DNA of 64,000 nucleotides from Ostreococcus lucimarinus (taxonomy: Eukaryota). Numbering within the stretch: position 1 is the stretch's first letter; each line of letters begins with the position of its first letter. The DNA lies in assembly GCA_000092065.1 (NCBI GenBank), contig CP000582.1. One strand, 5' to 3'. Both the position numbers and the translations under genes were made by a program. The notes below the pieces were generated by a model that saw nothing but the letters and a program-made list of their open reading frames with translations, had not been told where the DNA came from and did not search any database. Shown here piece by piece: positions 8,718 through 19,772 of the stretch.

Positions 8718-11516
8718 CTAAGTTCGTCGAAACTTTTGATACATTTCCAACAGTTCGCGGTGCGGCGGAGGGCTCGGACGCACGCGCGTCATCGCCGTGG
8801 CGACGTGACGGGCAAAGACTCTGTCGGCGTCGATGCTCTCCTCCAGCGCCGCCAGCGCAGCCTCTCGGGATATCGCGGACAGGTCTGCACCCGTATAACC
8901 ATGAGTCGACATCGCGGCCAAGCTCAAATCGACGTCATCCGCAAGCGGCGTATTCTTAAATTGCACTCGCAGAATAGCCATTCGATCTTCGGACGACTGC
9001 GGCGGCGGCACGTAGAGCAGGCGATCGAATCGGCCGGGGCGCAACAGTGCGCCGTCGACTAAGTCGGGACGGTTAGTCGCCGCGACAACAGTCACGTTCG
9101 TCGTCGGGGATAAGCCATCCATCTCTCCAAGGAGCTGCGTGATGACGCGGTCCTGCACGGAGGGCGCGCCGCCTTGTTCGCCACCGCCGCGTGTGCCGGC
9201 CAATCCGTCTACCTCATCTATGAATATCACTGAAGGAGCGGATGTCCTGGCGCGGGAAAACACCGCGCGCACGGCTTTTTCAGAGTCTCCTACCCATTTT
9301 GAAAACAGCTCAGATCCCTTAATGGAGATGAAATTGCGTCCCGACGCGCTCGCCACCGCTCGCGCCAGCATTGTCTTGCTACACCCGGGAGGGCCGTATA
9401 GCAGAATACCTTTAGGCGGCGAAGCTCCGACGCGCTTCATTGCGTCTGGATGCTTCTCCGCCCACTCAACGGCTTCTTTCAAGCGATCCTTTACTTCGTC
9501 AAGACCTCCGACGTCGTCCCAAGCGACGTTTGGAACTTCGATGGCTACTTCGCGCAACGCGCTCGGCCGGACTTTCACGCGCGCGTGCTCGAAATCGTCC
9601 ATAATCACTCGCTCGTCACGAGATGATATGTCGATGTCGCCAATCGCACGTGCGACGCCGTCGACATCATCGCTGACGCCGGATGACCGCTTGGACGTTT
9701 TTTCGATCACGCGAGTCAGCGCGCGCATCGCCGCGTTTTGGCACAGCGACGCGATGTCGGCGCCGACGAACCCGTGCGCTCGTCGCGCGAGATCCACGAT
9801 GTATTCCTCAGTCAAATCGTGATTTAAACCACGAAGATGCGTTTGAAGAATTTCTAATCGATCGCTGGGCGTGGGCACGCCCACTTCGAGCTCGCGATCG
9901 AATCTTCCAGGGCGCCGAAGAGAGCGTTCGATTGCGTCCGGTCTATTCGTCGTCGCGATGACGACGACGCGATCGAGCTCGGGAACGTTCGATGATGTAC
10001 CGTCAAATATGGCGAGCATCGTGGCGACGATTCGCGACGACATCATATCGTCTCCCCCCGAGGACTGATTGCGCGCGGGAGCGATGGCGTCGAGTTCGTC
10101 GAGCAGCACCACGCTCGGGGCTGCTTTCACCGCGGCGAGAAAGACGCCGCGAAGCGCCTCTTCGCTCTCTCCCATGTGCGCGCTCACGAGCTCTGGACCG
10201 TTCACGACGAACAATTTTGCGTTCGATGCTTGCGCGGCGGCGCGCGCGAGACGCGTTTTCCCCGAACCCGGCGGTCCGTAAAGTAACACTCCCCGAGGCG
10301 GCTTCACTCCGCATCGCGTGAACACCTCTGGGCTTTCGAGTGGCAGCGTCACGAGCTCGCGCAGCGCCGCTTCGTGGTCAGCCACGCCACCGAGACTATC
10401 GAACGAGACATCTTGCGACATCGCCACTCGAGACGCGCGCTTCACCGCGGACGCGACAACGTCGTCGTCGTCGTCATCTGACTCGCTCGCTCCGTCGCTC
10501 GACGACGCGTCGTCGCCGCCTTCCTCGCGCGGGTACAAAACGATGCGCGTCCTCGCCGAAATCTCCACGCCCCTGTCACCGACATCGGGCTCGAGCCGAA
10601 TCACTTTGAACATCGCGCTCGTCCCGAGCAATGGCAAGCGCACGAGATTCCCGACCAACAGTCCGCGGCCGTCCAGCGCGCGTCTGGCGAGCGCTTCCAA
10701 AATACCGCGCTGCCGCGCCGCCGTTCGCCCACCGCCTCCCGCGCGTAGTCCACGCTCGAGCCACACCGCGGCCTCTCCGCCGACGTCCAACTCGAGCGCC
10801 CAAAGCTTCAAATGGGCCACGATTTCACCCTCCGCCTCGAACGCGTCAATCGGTCCAGCCGCGTCCCGTCGCGTCTGCGCGCTCAAAATCGTCCCGCCCG
10901 ACGGGCACCCCATCGATAACCAAACCTTCCGCGAAAGCGACACGCCGTCGTCCCCTAAACCCGCGGTCGGCCACGCGCGCGCCAACACCACGCGCGCGCC
11001 GCACGTCTCGTCTTCGTCGTCTTCATCGCGATCCGCGTCGACGTCCAAGTTTAACGCGCGCCGCGCCGCCGCCGCGTGCGTCGTCGCGCGCGTCGCCCTC
11101 TCATCACCATTCTCCACCATTTCCACCCGCGTCGCCGCCCGCGCGTCGCCCGCGTCGCTGGTTTTCGTTTTCCCTCTCCCTCGCTTCGGCGTCGCGAGCG
11201 TCGCGCCGTCGTTTCCGTCTTCTCGCCGCGCGTAGCTTCGCAACTCGACCCACGCGCCCGCGCGAGCGCCGACCGCCCGCGCGAGCTTCGCCGACATCAC
11301 GCAGTGCGCGTGCGCGCCCGCGCCCTGCGCCACGGGCTCGCGCGCGTCGACGCGCATCGCGCGAACGCCGTCGGGGAGGTAGACGACGCCATCGTCGCTC
11401 GTCAAAGACGCCGACGCGACCGCCGCCGGGACGCATTCGTCGGGAGAATCGTCGCGGTGTCGCCCGCGCGCGCGACGCGCGGGCGAACGCGCGCGTCTGG
11501 ACGCGCGCGACGCCAT
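8718..11516 (-). CDS. Tandem-AAA ATPase, AFG2/SPATA5(Drg1)-like (CDC48 family)
   Basis: Two complete AAA modules, each with Walker A (GPPGSGKT / GPPGCSKT) and Walker B (VVLLDELD / VIFIDEVD). The D2 segment GILLYGPPGCSKTMLARAVASASGRNFISIKGSELFSKWVGDSEKAVR and the C-terminal GADLSAISREAALAALEE closely resemble the SPATA5/AFG2 pattern as I recall it. Start set at the in-frame ATG 11516; upstream ORF residues are low-complexity. Confidence 0.65.
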   Translation of the reverse strand: MASRASRRARSPARRARGRHRDDSPDECVPAAVASASLTSDDGVVYLPDGVRAMRVDAREPVAQGAGAHAHCVMSAKLARAVGARAGAWVELRSYARREDGNDGATLATPKRGRGKTKTSDAGDARAATRVEMVENGDERATRATTHAAAARRALNLDVDADRDEDDEDETCGARVVLARAWPTAGLGDDGVSLSRKVWLSMGCPSGGTILSAQTRRDAAGPIDAFEAEGEIVAHLKLWALELDVGGEAAVWLERGLRAGGGGRTAARQRGILEALARRALDGRGLLVGNLVRLPLLGTSAMFKVIRLEPDVGDRGVEISARTRIVLYPREEGGDDASSSDGASESDDDDDDVVASAVKRASRVAMSQDVSFDSLGGVADHEAALRELVTLPLESPEVFTRCGVKPPRGVLLYGPPGSGKTRLARAAAQASNAKLFVVNGPELVSAHMGESEEALRGVFLAAVKAAPSVVLLDELDAIAPARNQSSGGDDMMSSRIVATMLAIFDGTSSNVPELDRVVVIATTNRPDAIERSLRRPGRFDRELEVGVPTPSDRLEILQTHLRGLNHDLTEEYIVDLARRAHGFVGADIASLCQNAAMRALTRVIEKTSKRSSGVSDDVDGVARAIGDIDISSRDERVIMDDFEHARVKVRPSALREVAIEVPNVAWDDVGGLDEVKDRLKEAVEWAEKHPDAMKRVGASPPKGILLYGPPGCSKTMLARAVASASGRNFISIKGSELFSKWVGDSEKAVRAVFSRARTSAPSVIFIDEVDGLAGTRGGGEQGGAPSVQDRVITQLLGEMDGLSPTTNVTVVAATNRPDLVDGALLRPGRFDRLLYVPPPQSSEDRMAILRVQFKNTPLADDVDLSLAAMSTHGYTGADLSAISREAALAALEESIDADRVFARHVATAMTRVRPSPPPHRELLEMYQKFRRT

Positions 11517-11681
11517 CGCGCACGTCGTGCGCGCGCGCGCGCGGTCGTTCGCGGGCGCGCGCGGCGGTGTGCAGCTCGAAATCGATGGACGATTGAGATA
11601 CAAAAAGAAAAGCGTCGTTACAACAAAATGCGCGTACGCGCGGCGCTTAAAGGCGCGACGATCGACGATGACGACGATCTA

Positions 11682-12539
11682 TCACGCTCGTAAAGTTTGA
11701 TCAAAGTGCCAGGCCGCCATGCCGTCGCCCGGCGGACCCATGCGCAGGAGCGTGGCGACCATCTCGCTCACCTCGCGAACGCTCTCCACCTGCGGCGCGA
11801 GCATCTCGCCCTCGAGAAAATCGCACATGTGCGCGTCCCCGGCGTCGTCCGCCACGCGATGCAGCTCGCACAGCTTATCGTTGTTTAACTTTTCCAAGCT
11901 CAGGCTCAGTTCGAGCGCGTACAGCGCGCATCCCTTCTCCGGATGATCGTACTCGCTCTGCGGCGGCAACAGTTGCTGCAGCTCGACGCGCCCGCCGCGC
12001 AGATTCATGTATTCCATCAACTGTTCCGCGTGCTCGCGCTCCTCCAGCGCCTCGCGCTTGAAGTGTTCCGCGAATCCCTTCAGCGCGACGTTATCTCTCG
12101 AGAAATACGCCCACATCGCGTGATAGATGTACGACACGTTGTACTCGACGTTGATTTGCGCGTTGAGCGCGAGCTCGCACTCGTTGGCGAATCCGCTCCT
12201 CGCGAACGAGTACTCCACCGATTGCGTCTTCACCGGGTGCGTCGTCTGCGCCTCGACGATCGCTCGACTCTGCGTCGTTTCGTTCGCCGCGTCCGCGTCG
12301 GTCGCGTTCGCGCGCGCGCGCGCGCGTTCGATCGGTCGACGTCGATCGCGATTCGAATTCGATCGCCGCGCGGCGTTCGATCGTCGCGCCATCGTCGCGC
12401 GCGTCGCCGTCTCGGCGCGCATCGCGCGGGCGAATCGAGCGGTCGTCGTCGTCGTCGTCGTCGCGGTCGTCGTCGCGGTCAAAGTCGCGCCGCGCGTCGC
12501 GGTCGGCGTCGCGAAGTGCGAATTCGTGACGTCGCACAT
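11682..12539 (-). CDS. FER: Ferritin, plant-type (plastid-targeted)
   Basis: C-terminal 180 aa is a canonical ferritin four-helix bundle: ECELALNAQINVEYNVSYIYHAMWAYFSRDNVALKGFAEHFKREALEEREHAEQLMEYMNLRGGRV...CDFLEGEMLAPQV. The N-terminus is a Thr/Ala-rich transit-like peptide. The ORF-track start is GTG; I placed the start at the first in-frame ATG (12539). An upstream exon is not excluded. Confidence 0.8.
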   Translation of the reverse strand: MCDVTNSHFATPTATRGATLTATTTATTTTTTTARFARAMRAETATRATMARRSNAARRSNSNRDRRRPIERARARANATDADAANETTQSRAIVEAQTTHPVKTQSVEYSFARSGFANECELALNAQINVEYNVSYIYHAMWAYFSRDNVALKGFAEHFKREALEEREHAEQLMEYMNLRGGRVELQQLLPPQSEYDHPEKGCALYALELSLSLEKLNNDKLCELHRVADDAGDAHMCDFLEGEMLAPQVESVREVSEMVATLLRMGPPGDGMAAWHFDQTLRA

Positions 12540-12601
12540 CGCGACGACGCGCGACGACCGCGCGGGCGCGACGATCGAGCGCGGCGAAATATTCACCGTC
12601 G

Positions 12602-12847
12602 ATGGAGACGGCGCGCGCGATGGAGACGGCTCGAGACGCGCGCGACGCGAAGCCGCGTGCGGTGCGACGCGCGTACGCGGTGGCGCACGGGTGGGAGCAC
12701 GCGAGCGCGCTGCGCGAGACGCAGCGCGCGGCGATCGGAGCGCTCGGGACGCGCGCGCGCGACGGTCGCGGACGCGCGCTCGGGACGCGGGCGGCGCGGG
12801 ACGGGACGGAGACGGCGACGCGCGAGGGAGGGGAAGGGGAGGCGGGA

Positions 12848-12880
<33 letters not shown>

Positions 12881-15040
12881 ACGACGAGCGGGAAGGGGCG
12901 CGAAGACGCGATGAAAGGGCTGACGACGGCGCACGCGTTTTACGCGTGGTACGCGGACGTGGAGGAGACGATGGACGAGGCGCGGAGGCGAGCGAGACGA
13001 CGGGAGGCGGACGCGCTGCGCGCGGAGATTGAGAGGCGAGACGACGCGTTACGAAAATTGGAGGAGGTGGAGACGGGGGTTAAAACGCTCGTCGACGCGC
13101 AGGCGGCGCTGAAGCTGAGGGCGAGGCGGACGCAGGAGGAAAGCGAGCGGTTGATCGCGGAGAAGGATCGTCTGCTTGAGTTCGCGGACGCGCTGCGGGG
13201 AAAGCTGGATTATTTCGACCAGTTGGAAAAGGTGGCGGAGCAGTTTCAGGCTGGGGTTATCATCTCGGGCGCGAGCGATGCGAGTGGGGCGAGCTTGGCG
13301 CCGCGCGAGCAGGTGATGCCGATGCTGAAGCGTCTGGACGATTGCCTGGATTTTGTGGCGTCGCATCCGCAATACGCCGACGGCGGAAGTTACGGGACCA
13401 AGTTTCGACAGTTGCAAAATCGAGCGATGAGCACAGTGCGCGAATATTACGTCTCAGCCTTGCGCAAGGCGACGAAACACGTGCAAGATGTAGCGAAGGG
13501 TAAGACTGGTGTGAGCGGCGGCGAGGATGAGTACGACGAGCTCGTGGTCGAGGAGGGGAGTGCGACGACTTTGTTGTACGTTCGCTTTCGCGCCGCCGCG
13601 GCGGAACTGCGCGATCTCACCGAGGAGCTCGAAAAGCGAGGGCATCACGAAGAGTACGCCGCGCTTCTCTCGGACTGCCACGTGTTATACTGCGAGCAGC
13701 GTGCTCTTCTCCTCGCCGGGTCGGTTCGGACGAAGATGCGCGCCATAGCGACAGCCGAGCGTGGAGCGGATGTCATAGCTCTCGCGAGAATCGGCACTGC
13801 CTATCTCGTCGAAGTTTGTCAGGCAGAGTTCGCTCTGTTCAAACACTTTTTCCCGCAAACCGATCCCACGGGGGCCTTGTCCGCGCTCATGATTCCGCTC
13901 GGAACGTACTTGAGCGACATTTTGCGGCCAAAGTACATTTCAATCACCGAGTTGGCTTTATTGGCTGAGCTCGTCGAGGCGCTCAAGGGCGAGATCATCG
14001 AGGACGTAACCTCGAAGATTGACAATGCGCTAGCCTTGGAGCCGGCGATGCGAAGAATCCTGTCAGATGTTCAAGAGAGACTGATCTTCCGCGCGCAGAC
14101 TTACGTGAAGGATCAGGTGGGCAACTATCGAGCCACCGCGGCTGATTTGGACTTTCCCGCCAAACTCGTGCGCGCACTGCAAGCGAAGTCGTCTGGCGGC
14201 GACTCGGAGGACGACATTAAAAATTGGTACCCTCCACTCGAGCGCACACTGACGTGCTTATCTAAACTATATCGCTGCGTGGAGATCAAAACATTCGCGG
14301 GATTGGCGCAAGAGGCGGTGTCGCTGTGCGCGGACAATATCGCCGCCGCTGCGCGCGCAGTGGCGTCGAAAGCGACTCCGGTAGACGGTCAGCTCTTCCT
14401 CATCAAGCACTTGATCATCTTGCGCGAACAAATCGCGCCATTCAACGCCGAGTTTGCGGTTTCCATCAAGGATTTGGACTTTACCCATATGCGCGGGCAA
14501 ATGCGCCGAATGCTCGGCGGAGAGATGTCCTTCTTTTCGCTGACGCAAGACAACGCATTCTACCAGCTCGCTTCTGAAGGTCGACCGCGCGTCGTCGAGA
14601 GCAAAATCGACTCCAAGAGAGAGCTCGAGAAGCAACTTCAAGCCGCGTGTGAAGCGTACATCATGAGTATCACGAAACTCATCGTCGATCCAATGCTCAG
14701 TTTCATCACCAAGGTGACCGCGTTTCGCGTGTCGACGACGTCGCAGGGGAAATCCATCAAAGACGCAGCCTTTGCTTCGGAAGAAAAACTCGCAGCCATC
14801 GCGAAACAAGTCAAAACCTCGCTCGCAGACGAGCTCCCGAAGGCCGTCTACACCATGAAGTTGTACTTGCACGCGGAAAATACCCGCGAGGCGTTGCTCA
14901 AGCCCATCAAGAGCAACGTCGCCGAAGCCTTCGCGCAAATCGCCGCCATCATCGACGCCGACTTTCCTCCCGGCACCGCCGCGCGCGTCGGCCTTCTCGA
15001 CCCCGCGCAGCTCGCCGCCGCGATTGAGGACGCGAGTTAG
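12602..15040 (+). CDS. COG3: Conserved oligomeric Golgi complex subunit 3 (Sec34 domain)
   Basis: ATG at 12602. Collinear matches to COG3 hallmarks: AHAFYAWYADVEETMDEA, MPMLKRLDDCLDFVASHPQYAD, VRFRAAAAELRDLTEELE, LFLIKHLIILREQIAPFNAEF, LTCLSKLYRCVE. A poly-Asp tract sits near the N-terminus. Confidence 0.78.
12848..12877 (+). repeat. (GAC)10 coding trinucleotide repeat (poly-Asp in COG3 N-terminus)
   Basis: Read directly; in frame with COG3. Confidence 0.9.
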
Positions 15041-15105
15041 CGTCGCGACGCGCGCGCCAGATTAGAATCGCTCCGTGTAACACCCCACACTGCGCCGATC
15101 GCTCG

Positions 15106-16572
15106 ATGCCCTCGGACGACGACGACGACGTCCCGGAGCAGACCGCCGGAAATCGACGCCTGCTCGCGTCGGAGGAGGACGCGCGCCGTCGTAAGCGCGA
15201 GCGCCCGCGCGCGGTGTCGGTTTGGAAACTTTGCGGAATCAATGCGTTTTTCCTCGCCTACGGCGCGTGGATATCCTCGTTCGCCATCGTGACGCTGCCG
15301 TACGAGTCGACGAGGTTTTTCCCGGACGCCGACGCGGTGGCGCTGGGAGGGTTCATGTTCATCGCCGGCGCGAGTCAGATGTCGGGGCCGTGGGCGGGAT
15401 ACGTGAGCGATCGCACGCGGAGCGCGTACGGTAGACGGCGCCCGGTGCTCGTCAAAGGCGCCGTCGTCGCGGCGCCGTCGTTGGTGATGTTACTCGTGGC
15501 GCGAACGTACTACGGCTCGCTGGGGGGGTGGGCGCCGACGCTGTATTACGTCGCGTTCACGGCGACGATGCTGGCGCTGAACGTGATGTACACGGCGGCG
15601 AGCGGCATCGTGCCGGATATGATTCCGGACGATCAGACGGGACAGTCGAATGGGGTGCTGGCGGCGATGAGTGCGGCGGGGGCGTGCATGGGATTCGTGT
15701 ACACGATGGTGTATCCAGACGTGGGGAGCTTGTATTGGTTTTATCTCGCGCTGTTGGCGACGTGCGTGCCGATTACGTGTTATTGCGCCACGGAAGAGTC
15801 TTCGCTCGGTGGTGTAGCATCGTCAGATGACGTAGAGAGCAGTGCGAGGGAAGGTTCGACTTCTGCGACGGTCGACTCGGCGTTTTCGTGGCGCGAGCTG
15901 GCGTCGATGTACACGATTTCGCCTTTTGTTCCGGAACAAAAATCATTCTTTTGGCTCTTCGTTTGCCGCACGTTGTACTATACCGGCATCAGCGCTCAAG
16001 TGTTTTTGCTGTACTTGCTCAGAGATACCGCCGTGAAAGAAGATGGAAGTGGGCTCGAGGGACACGAGCCACAGCAAACGGTTGCACGCTTGTCCTTCAT
16101 CGGCCAAGTCGGCGGCATGATCGCCGCCTATCCCGCTGGTTTGCTGAGCGACGTCTTCGGTCGAAAGCCATTGATCGTCATCGCGTGCGCGGGCATTATA
16201 TCTGTGTACATCATGTTTATGTACATCCACCGATTGACGTCGATCATGTACATTGGCGTGTATTACGGCGCGTTGAACGGCATGTTCCTCTCGGTCGATT
16301 ACGCGCTCGCCATCGACTGTTTACCGAGCCGAGAAAACGCCGCGCGATGGCTCGCGGTTTGGGGTGTCGCCAGTTTCATCGGCACCTCCATCGGTCCGAC
16401 TGTGTTCGCCTTGATTCTTCACTTTTCTCCGCAGCCCGCCGACGGACGAGCGTACGGTTCGTCTCAAGAAGGGTACGACGTCATGCTCGTCGTCGGCGCC
16501 GTGTGGATGGCCCTCTGCGCCTCGTTCCTGTGCTTGGTCGACTCGAAGAAGCCCCGCGCGCGCGAACTGTAG
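15106..16572 (+). CDS. Major facilitator superfamily transporter (GPH/MFS_2-like, ~12 TM)
   Basis: ATG at 15106. Multiple hydrophobic spans. MFS signature between TM2 and TM3: GYVSDRTRSAYGRRRP. Acidic N-terminal tail. Only 65 bp downstream of the COG3 stop. Confidence 0.6.
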   Translation: MPSDDDDDVPEQTAGNRRLLASEEDARRRKRERPRAVSVWKLCGINAFFLAYGAWISSFAIVTLPYESTRFFPDADAVALGGFMFIAGASQMSGPWAGYVSDRTRSAYGRRRPVLVKGAVVAAPSLVMLLVARTYYGSLGGWAPTLYYVAFTATMLALNVMYTAASGIVPDMIPDDQTGQSNGVLAAMSAAGACMGFVYTMVYPDVGSLYWFYLALLATCVPITCYCATEESSLGGVASSDDVESSAREGSTSATVDSAFSWRELASMYTISPFVPEQKSFFWLFVCRTLYYTGISAQVFLLYLLRDTAVKEDGSGLEGHEPQQTVARLSFIGQVGGMIAAYPAGLLSDVFGRKPLIVIACAGIISVYIMFMYIHRLTSIMYIGVYYGALNGMFLSVDYALAIDCLPSRENAARWLAVWGVASFIGTSIGPTVFALILHFSPQPADGRAYGSSQEGYDVMLVVGAVWMALCASFLCLVDSKKPRAREL

Positions 16573-16777
16573 AACTGTAAGCCACGCCTAGATCGAGTCA
16601 GCTCTCGTCGCGCCCTGCGCACCGCGCCGCGTCGACGTCGCGCGTCCAATCGAATCGGAACATCGCGCCGTTCCTTTTTTCGGAAATGAAAAGGGAGACG
16701 AAGAGTCGCCGAAACGCTCGCGCGCGCGCGGGGTGCGCGGCCGCACGTCGACGCGCGCGGCGTCGCGAGCGCGCGGG

Positions 16778-19609
16778 ATGGGATGCCTGAAAGGTTGCAT
16801 GTTCTCGCGCGACGTGCTCACCGCCGCGTCGTGGGACGCCTTCGCCAAGGACGCCCTCGACGTCGATTTGGATTCCAAACCGACGCTCGACGATGGCGCG
16901 CGCGCGGGGACGAAACGCGCGCGCGCGCGCAAGCGCCTCGCCGTCGGAGAGGCGCTCGGGGATGAAAACGAATCGAAACAGACGAATCTCGACGCGCGAG
17001 AGGCGGCAAACGAGCGAACGGAGGGGTCGCTGCGGGCGATGGAATCAGCGATGGATGGGAATTTGCTCTTCGTCGAGCTGGACGCGCGAGCGCGACGACG
17101 GGTGATGGACGCCATGACGCCCTCGTACGTCGACGAGGGCGAGATCGTGATCGCGCAGGGCGATACGAATTGCGATCGATTCTACGTGATCGAAATCGGG
17201 GAGGTGCGGGTGATGAAGAATGAAAATTCGAAGCGGTCGAGCTTGTCGAACGATAGCGCGAACGAAGAGGGATCGCCGCGCGCTGCGCGGCTGGCGACGT
17301 CAAAGCGTTCGTTTGAAGGGTGTGCGTACCATCCCGAGACCGCCAAGCAAGTGGCAACGCTTGGCCCGGGTCGGGGATTCGGCGAGCTCGCGCTGCTGTA
17401 CGCCTGCCCGCGATCGGCGACGGTCGTGGCGGCGACGCCGTTGAAACTGTGGACGCTGCACGCGAGCGCGTTCAAGGCGATAAAGCGTTCCATCGCGACG
17501 AAGGATGCATCTTGTATGCTCGAACTTCTGGAGAGCGTGGAGCTATTCAACGCTCTGTCAGAGCAACAGCTGATTGCGATATGTACCGCGGCGAGAAGAG
17601 AGGTGTACGAGACGAATGACGTTGTATTCAATCAAGGCGATCCCGGAAATTGCTTCTACATCGTGGAACGCGGCGAGGTGAGCGTTCGAGTCCATGGTGG
17701 CGAAGTCGCGAAACTCTCGCGTGGCGATTTCTTCGGTGAGCGCGCACTGATAAATAATGAACCTCGTGCGGCGACGATCGTCGCCGCAACCGACATTTCG
17801 TGTTTGGTGCTTAATCGCCAAACTTTTGTCTCCATGCTCGGTTCCATTGAAGAGGCGCGATGTTTTGCCGGTTTGGCCGAATGCCCGATTCTCGCCGCTT
17901 TGAGCGACGCACAGTTGACGGATATCTCAAGTTTGATGAAAATGCAAACGTTCGTCAAAGATGAAGTCGTGTTTCAACAGAACTCTCTCGGAGATGCTTT
18001 TTACGTCATCATCGACGGGGAATTCGTGGTTACGAAATCATCCGTTGACGAACCGTTGGCCAAACTCACTCGAGGTCAGTACTTCGGCGAACTCGCACTG
18101 CTGCGTAAAGATAAGCGTGCAGGCACAGTCACATGCGTGAGCCAACACGCGAAGGTCGCGTGCATGACGAAGACGGCGTTCGAGAAGAAATTGGGCAACT
18201 TGGAAGTCTTGCGCAAGGCTTGGCGACTCGAGACGTTGAGAAAGGTGCCGATTCTCTCAAAGCTCTCTCCTGACGAAGCTCGAGCGTTATCGGACGAACT
18301 CACCGATGTGTCTTTTCGAGAGAATGAAACGATCGTTCGTCAAGGCGACAAAGGTGACGCCATGTTTATTTTGGAATCTGGCGAAGTTGAAGTCGTGGAC
18401 GAAAAGACGCTCGACGCCGAAGGAGCGCCGAAACTGTTATGCAAGCTCGGTCCGAGCTCCTACTTTGGCGAGCTTGGACTACTAAATTCTGAAACTAGAG
18501 CCGCTACCGTACGTGTTCCGCATCGAGCGACTGTTTTGATCATCACCCGTCGCACCTTCGAGCAACATCTCGGCAACTTGAAGGACATCCTGAAGAGAAA
18601 CGCCGAGGAAATGTACGCTAAGAGCGGTAGCGGCTCGTACAAGAAACCGGTGACAGCTGAGCTCGAGGAGCTCCAAACCATCGGTTTCTTAGGCGTTGGA
18701 TCGTTCGGTCGAGTGACGCTTGTGGCTCACGATGGAGAGACGTACGCGCTGAAGGAAATTGGCAAAGCACAAGTTGTCGCTCGCGGGTTGGTCGAGCACG
18801 TGTGGCGCGAAAAGCAAACCATGGCGCAATGTGACTCACCGTTCTTGGTAAACCTTCGGCGTACCTACGTCAGCGAAAGATCGATTTACATGCTCATGGA
18901 CAAAGTTCTTGGTGGAGAGCTTTTTACGTACTTGCAAACTCGAAACTCGCCGCTGCCCGAGGCGCACGCCAAATTTTATGCGGCGTGCGTGGTGCTGGCA
19001 TTCGAGTATCTGCACGACCGGCAGATCACTTACCGCGATTTAAAGCCAGAGAACCTTCTGATTTGTACAAATGGTTATCTCAAAGTCACGGACTTTTCGT
19101 TCGCGAAGAAACTTCCGAAGGGCGCGAAAACTTTTACGCTGTGCGGCACGCCACAATACTTGGCGCCCGAGCAAGTACAACAAGTCGGCCACAATCGCGC
19201 CGTCGATTGGTGGGCGGTTGGCGTTTTGGTGTACGAACTCGTCAACGGCGTCCCACCTTTCAATCAAGACGACCACTACCAAATGTACAAGGCGATCAAC
19301 GAGGTCAAATTCCACTTTTCGCCTCGCAACGGCCCCAAATTCCGCGCCGTCGTCTCCGGCCTCCTTCGCCGCATGCCCGCGAGTCGACTCGGCATGGGCA
19401 AAACCGGCGCACGCGAAATCAAGCAGCACGAGTGGTTTGCAGACATAAACTGGAGCGCTCTCGCGCAGCAACGCGCGCGCGCGCCGTACGTGCCGCTCGT
19501 CGAAGACGTTCGCGATTTAAGGCACTTTGTGGACACCGGCGACGACGTCCCGGGACTCTCCGCGAAGTGGGGCACCTACGCCTCCATCGGGCGATTTACC
19601 GACTTTTAA
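16778..19609 (+). CDS. PKG: cGMP-dependent protein kinase with four cyclic-nucleotide-binding domains
   Basis: Four CNB phosphate-binding cassettes: FGELALLYACPRSATVVA, FFGERALINNEPRAATIVA, YFGELALLRKDKRAGTVTC, YFGELGLLNSETRAATVRV. An AGC kinase domain follows: LGVGSFGRV, YALKEI, YRDLKPENLL, DFSFAK, GTPQYLAPE. The ORF-track start is GTG. The first ATG (16778) gives MGCLKGC, a Met-Gly-Cys dual-acylation motif. Confidence 0.85.
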   Translation: MGCLKGCMFSRDVLTAASWDAFAKDALDVDLDSKPTLDDGARAGTKRARARKRLAVGEALGDENESKQTNLDAREAANERTEGSLRAMESAMDGNLLFVELDARARRRVMDAMTPSYVDEGEIVIAQGDTNCDRFYVIEIGEVRVMKNENSKRSSLSNDSANEEGSPRAARLATSKRSFEGCAYHPETAKQVATLGPGRGFGELALLYACPRSATVVAATPLKLWTLHASAFKAIKRSIATKDASCMLELLESVELFNALSEQQLIAICTAARREVYETNDVVFNQGDPGNCFYIVERGEVSVRVHGGEVAKLSRGDFFGERALINNEPRAATIVAATDISCLVLNRQTFVSMLGSIEEARCFAGLAECPILAALSDAQLTDISSLMKMQTFVKDEVVFQQNSLGDAFYVIIDGEFVVTKSSVDEPLAKLTRGQYFGELALLRKDKRAGTVTCVSQHAKVACMTKTAFEKKLGNLEVLRKAWRLETLRKVPILSKLSPDEARALSDELTDVSFRENETIVRQGDKGDAMFILESGEVEVVDEKTLDAEGAPKLLCKLGPSSYFGELGLLNSETRAATVRVPHRATVLIITRRTFEQHLGNLKDILKRNAEEMYAKSGSGSYKKPVTAELEELQTIGFLGVGSFGRVTLVAHDGETYALKEIGKAQVVARGLVEHVWREKQTMAQCDSPFLVNLRRTYVSERSIYMLMDKVLGGELFTYLQTRNSPLPEAHAKFYAACVVLAFEYLHDRQITYRDLKPENLLICTNGYLKVTDFSFAKKLPKGAKTFTLCGTPQYLAPEQVQQVGHNRAVDWWAVGVLVYELVNGVPPFNQDDHYQMYKAINEVKFHFSPRNGPKFRAVVSGLLRRMPASRLGMGKTGAREIKQHEWFADINWSALAQQRARAPYVPLVEDVRDLRHFVDTGDDVPGLSAKWGTYASIGRFTDF

Positions 19610-19772
19610 ACCCCCCTTAAATAATTTGTGTAATAATTTACGAGCGCGTGCGACTGCGCCGTCGCGTCCGTCGAAGAAATTCCGCTCGCCGCCGCGCTCG
19701 ATATCCAGTACTGGCAGCGCTGTTCAAACGCGTTGCCCGTCCGCGCGTGCCGCACACACGCGCGCGACGCAC

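Noticed and set aside
12540-12596. ORF-track start codons taken at face value (for example ferritin 12596, PKG 16733, CDC37 53189, PsbP-like 44602, coiled-coil 26456, S20 59052, amylase C-domain 63084)
   Set aside because: Checking the nucleotides shows these Ms are TTG or GTG, so the ORF finder uses alternative starts. For a eukaryotic nuclear genome I moved starts to the first in-frame ATG or to an upstream exon.
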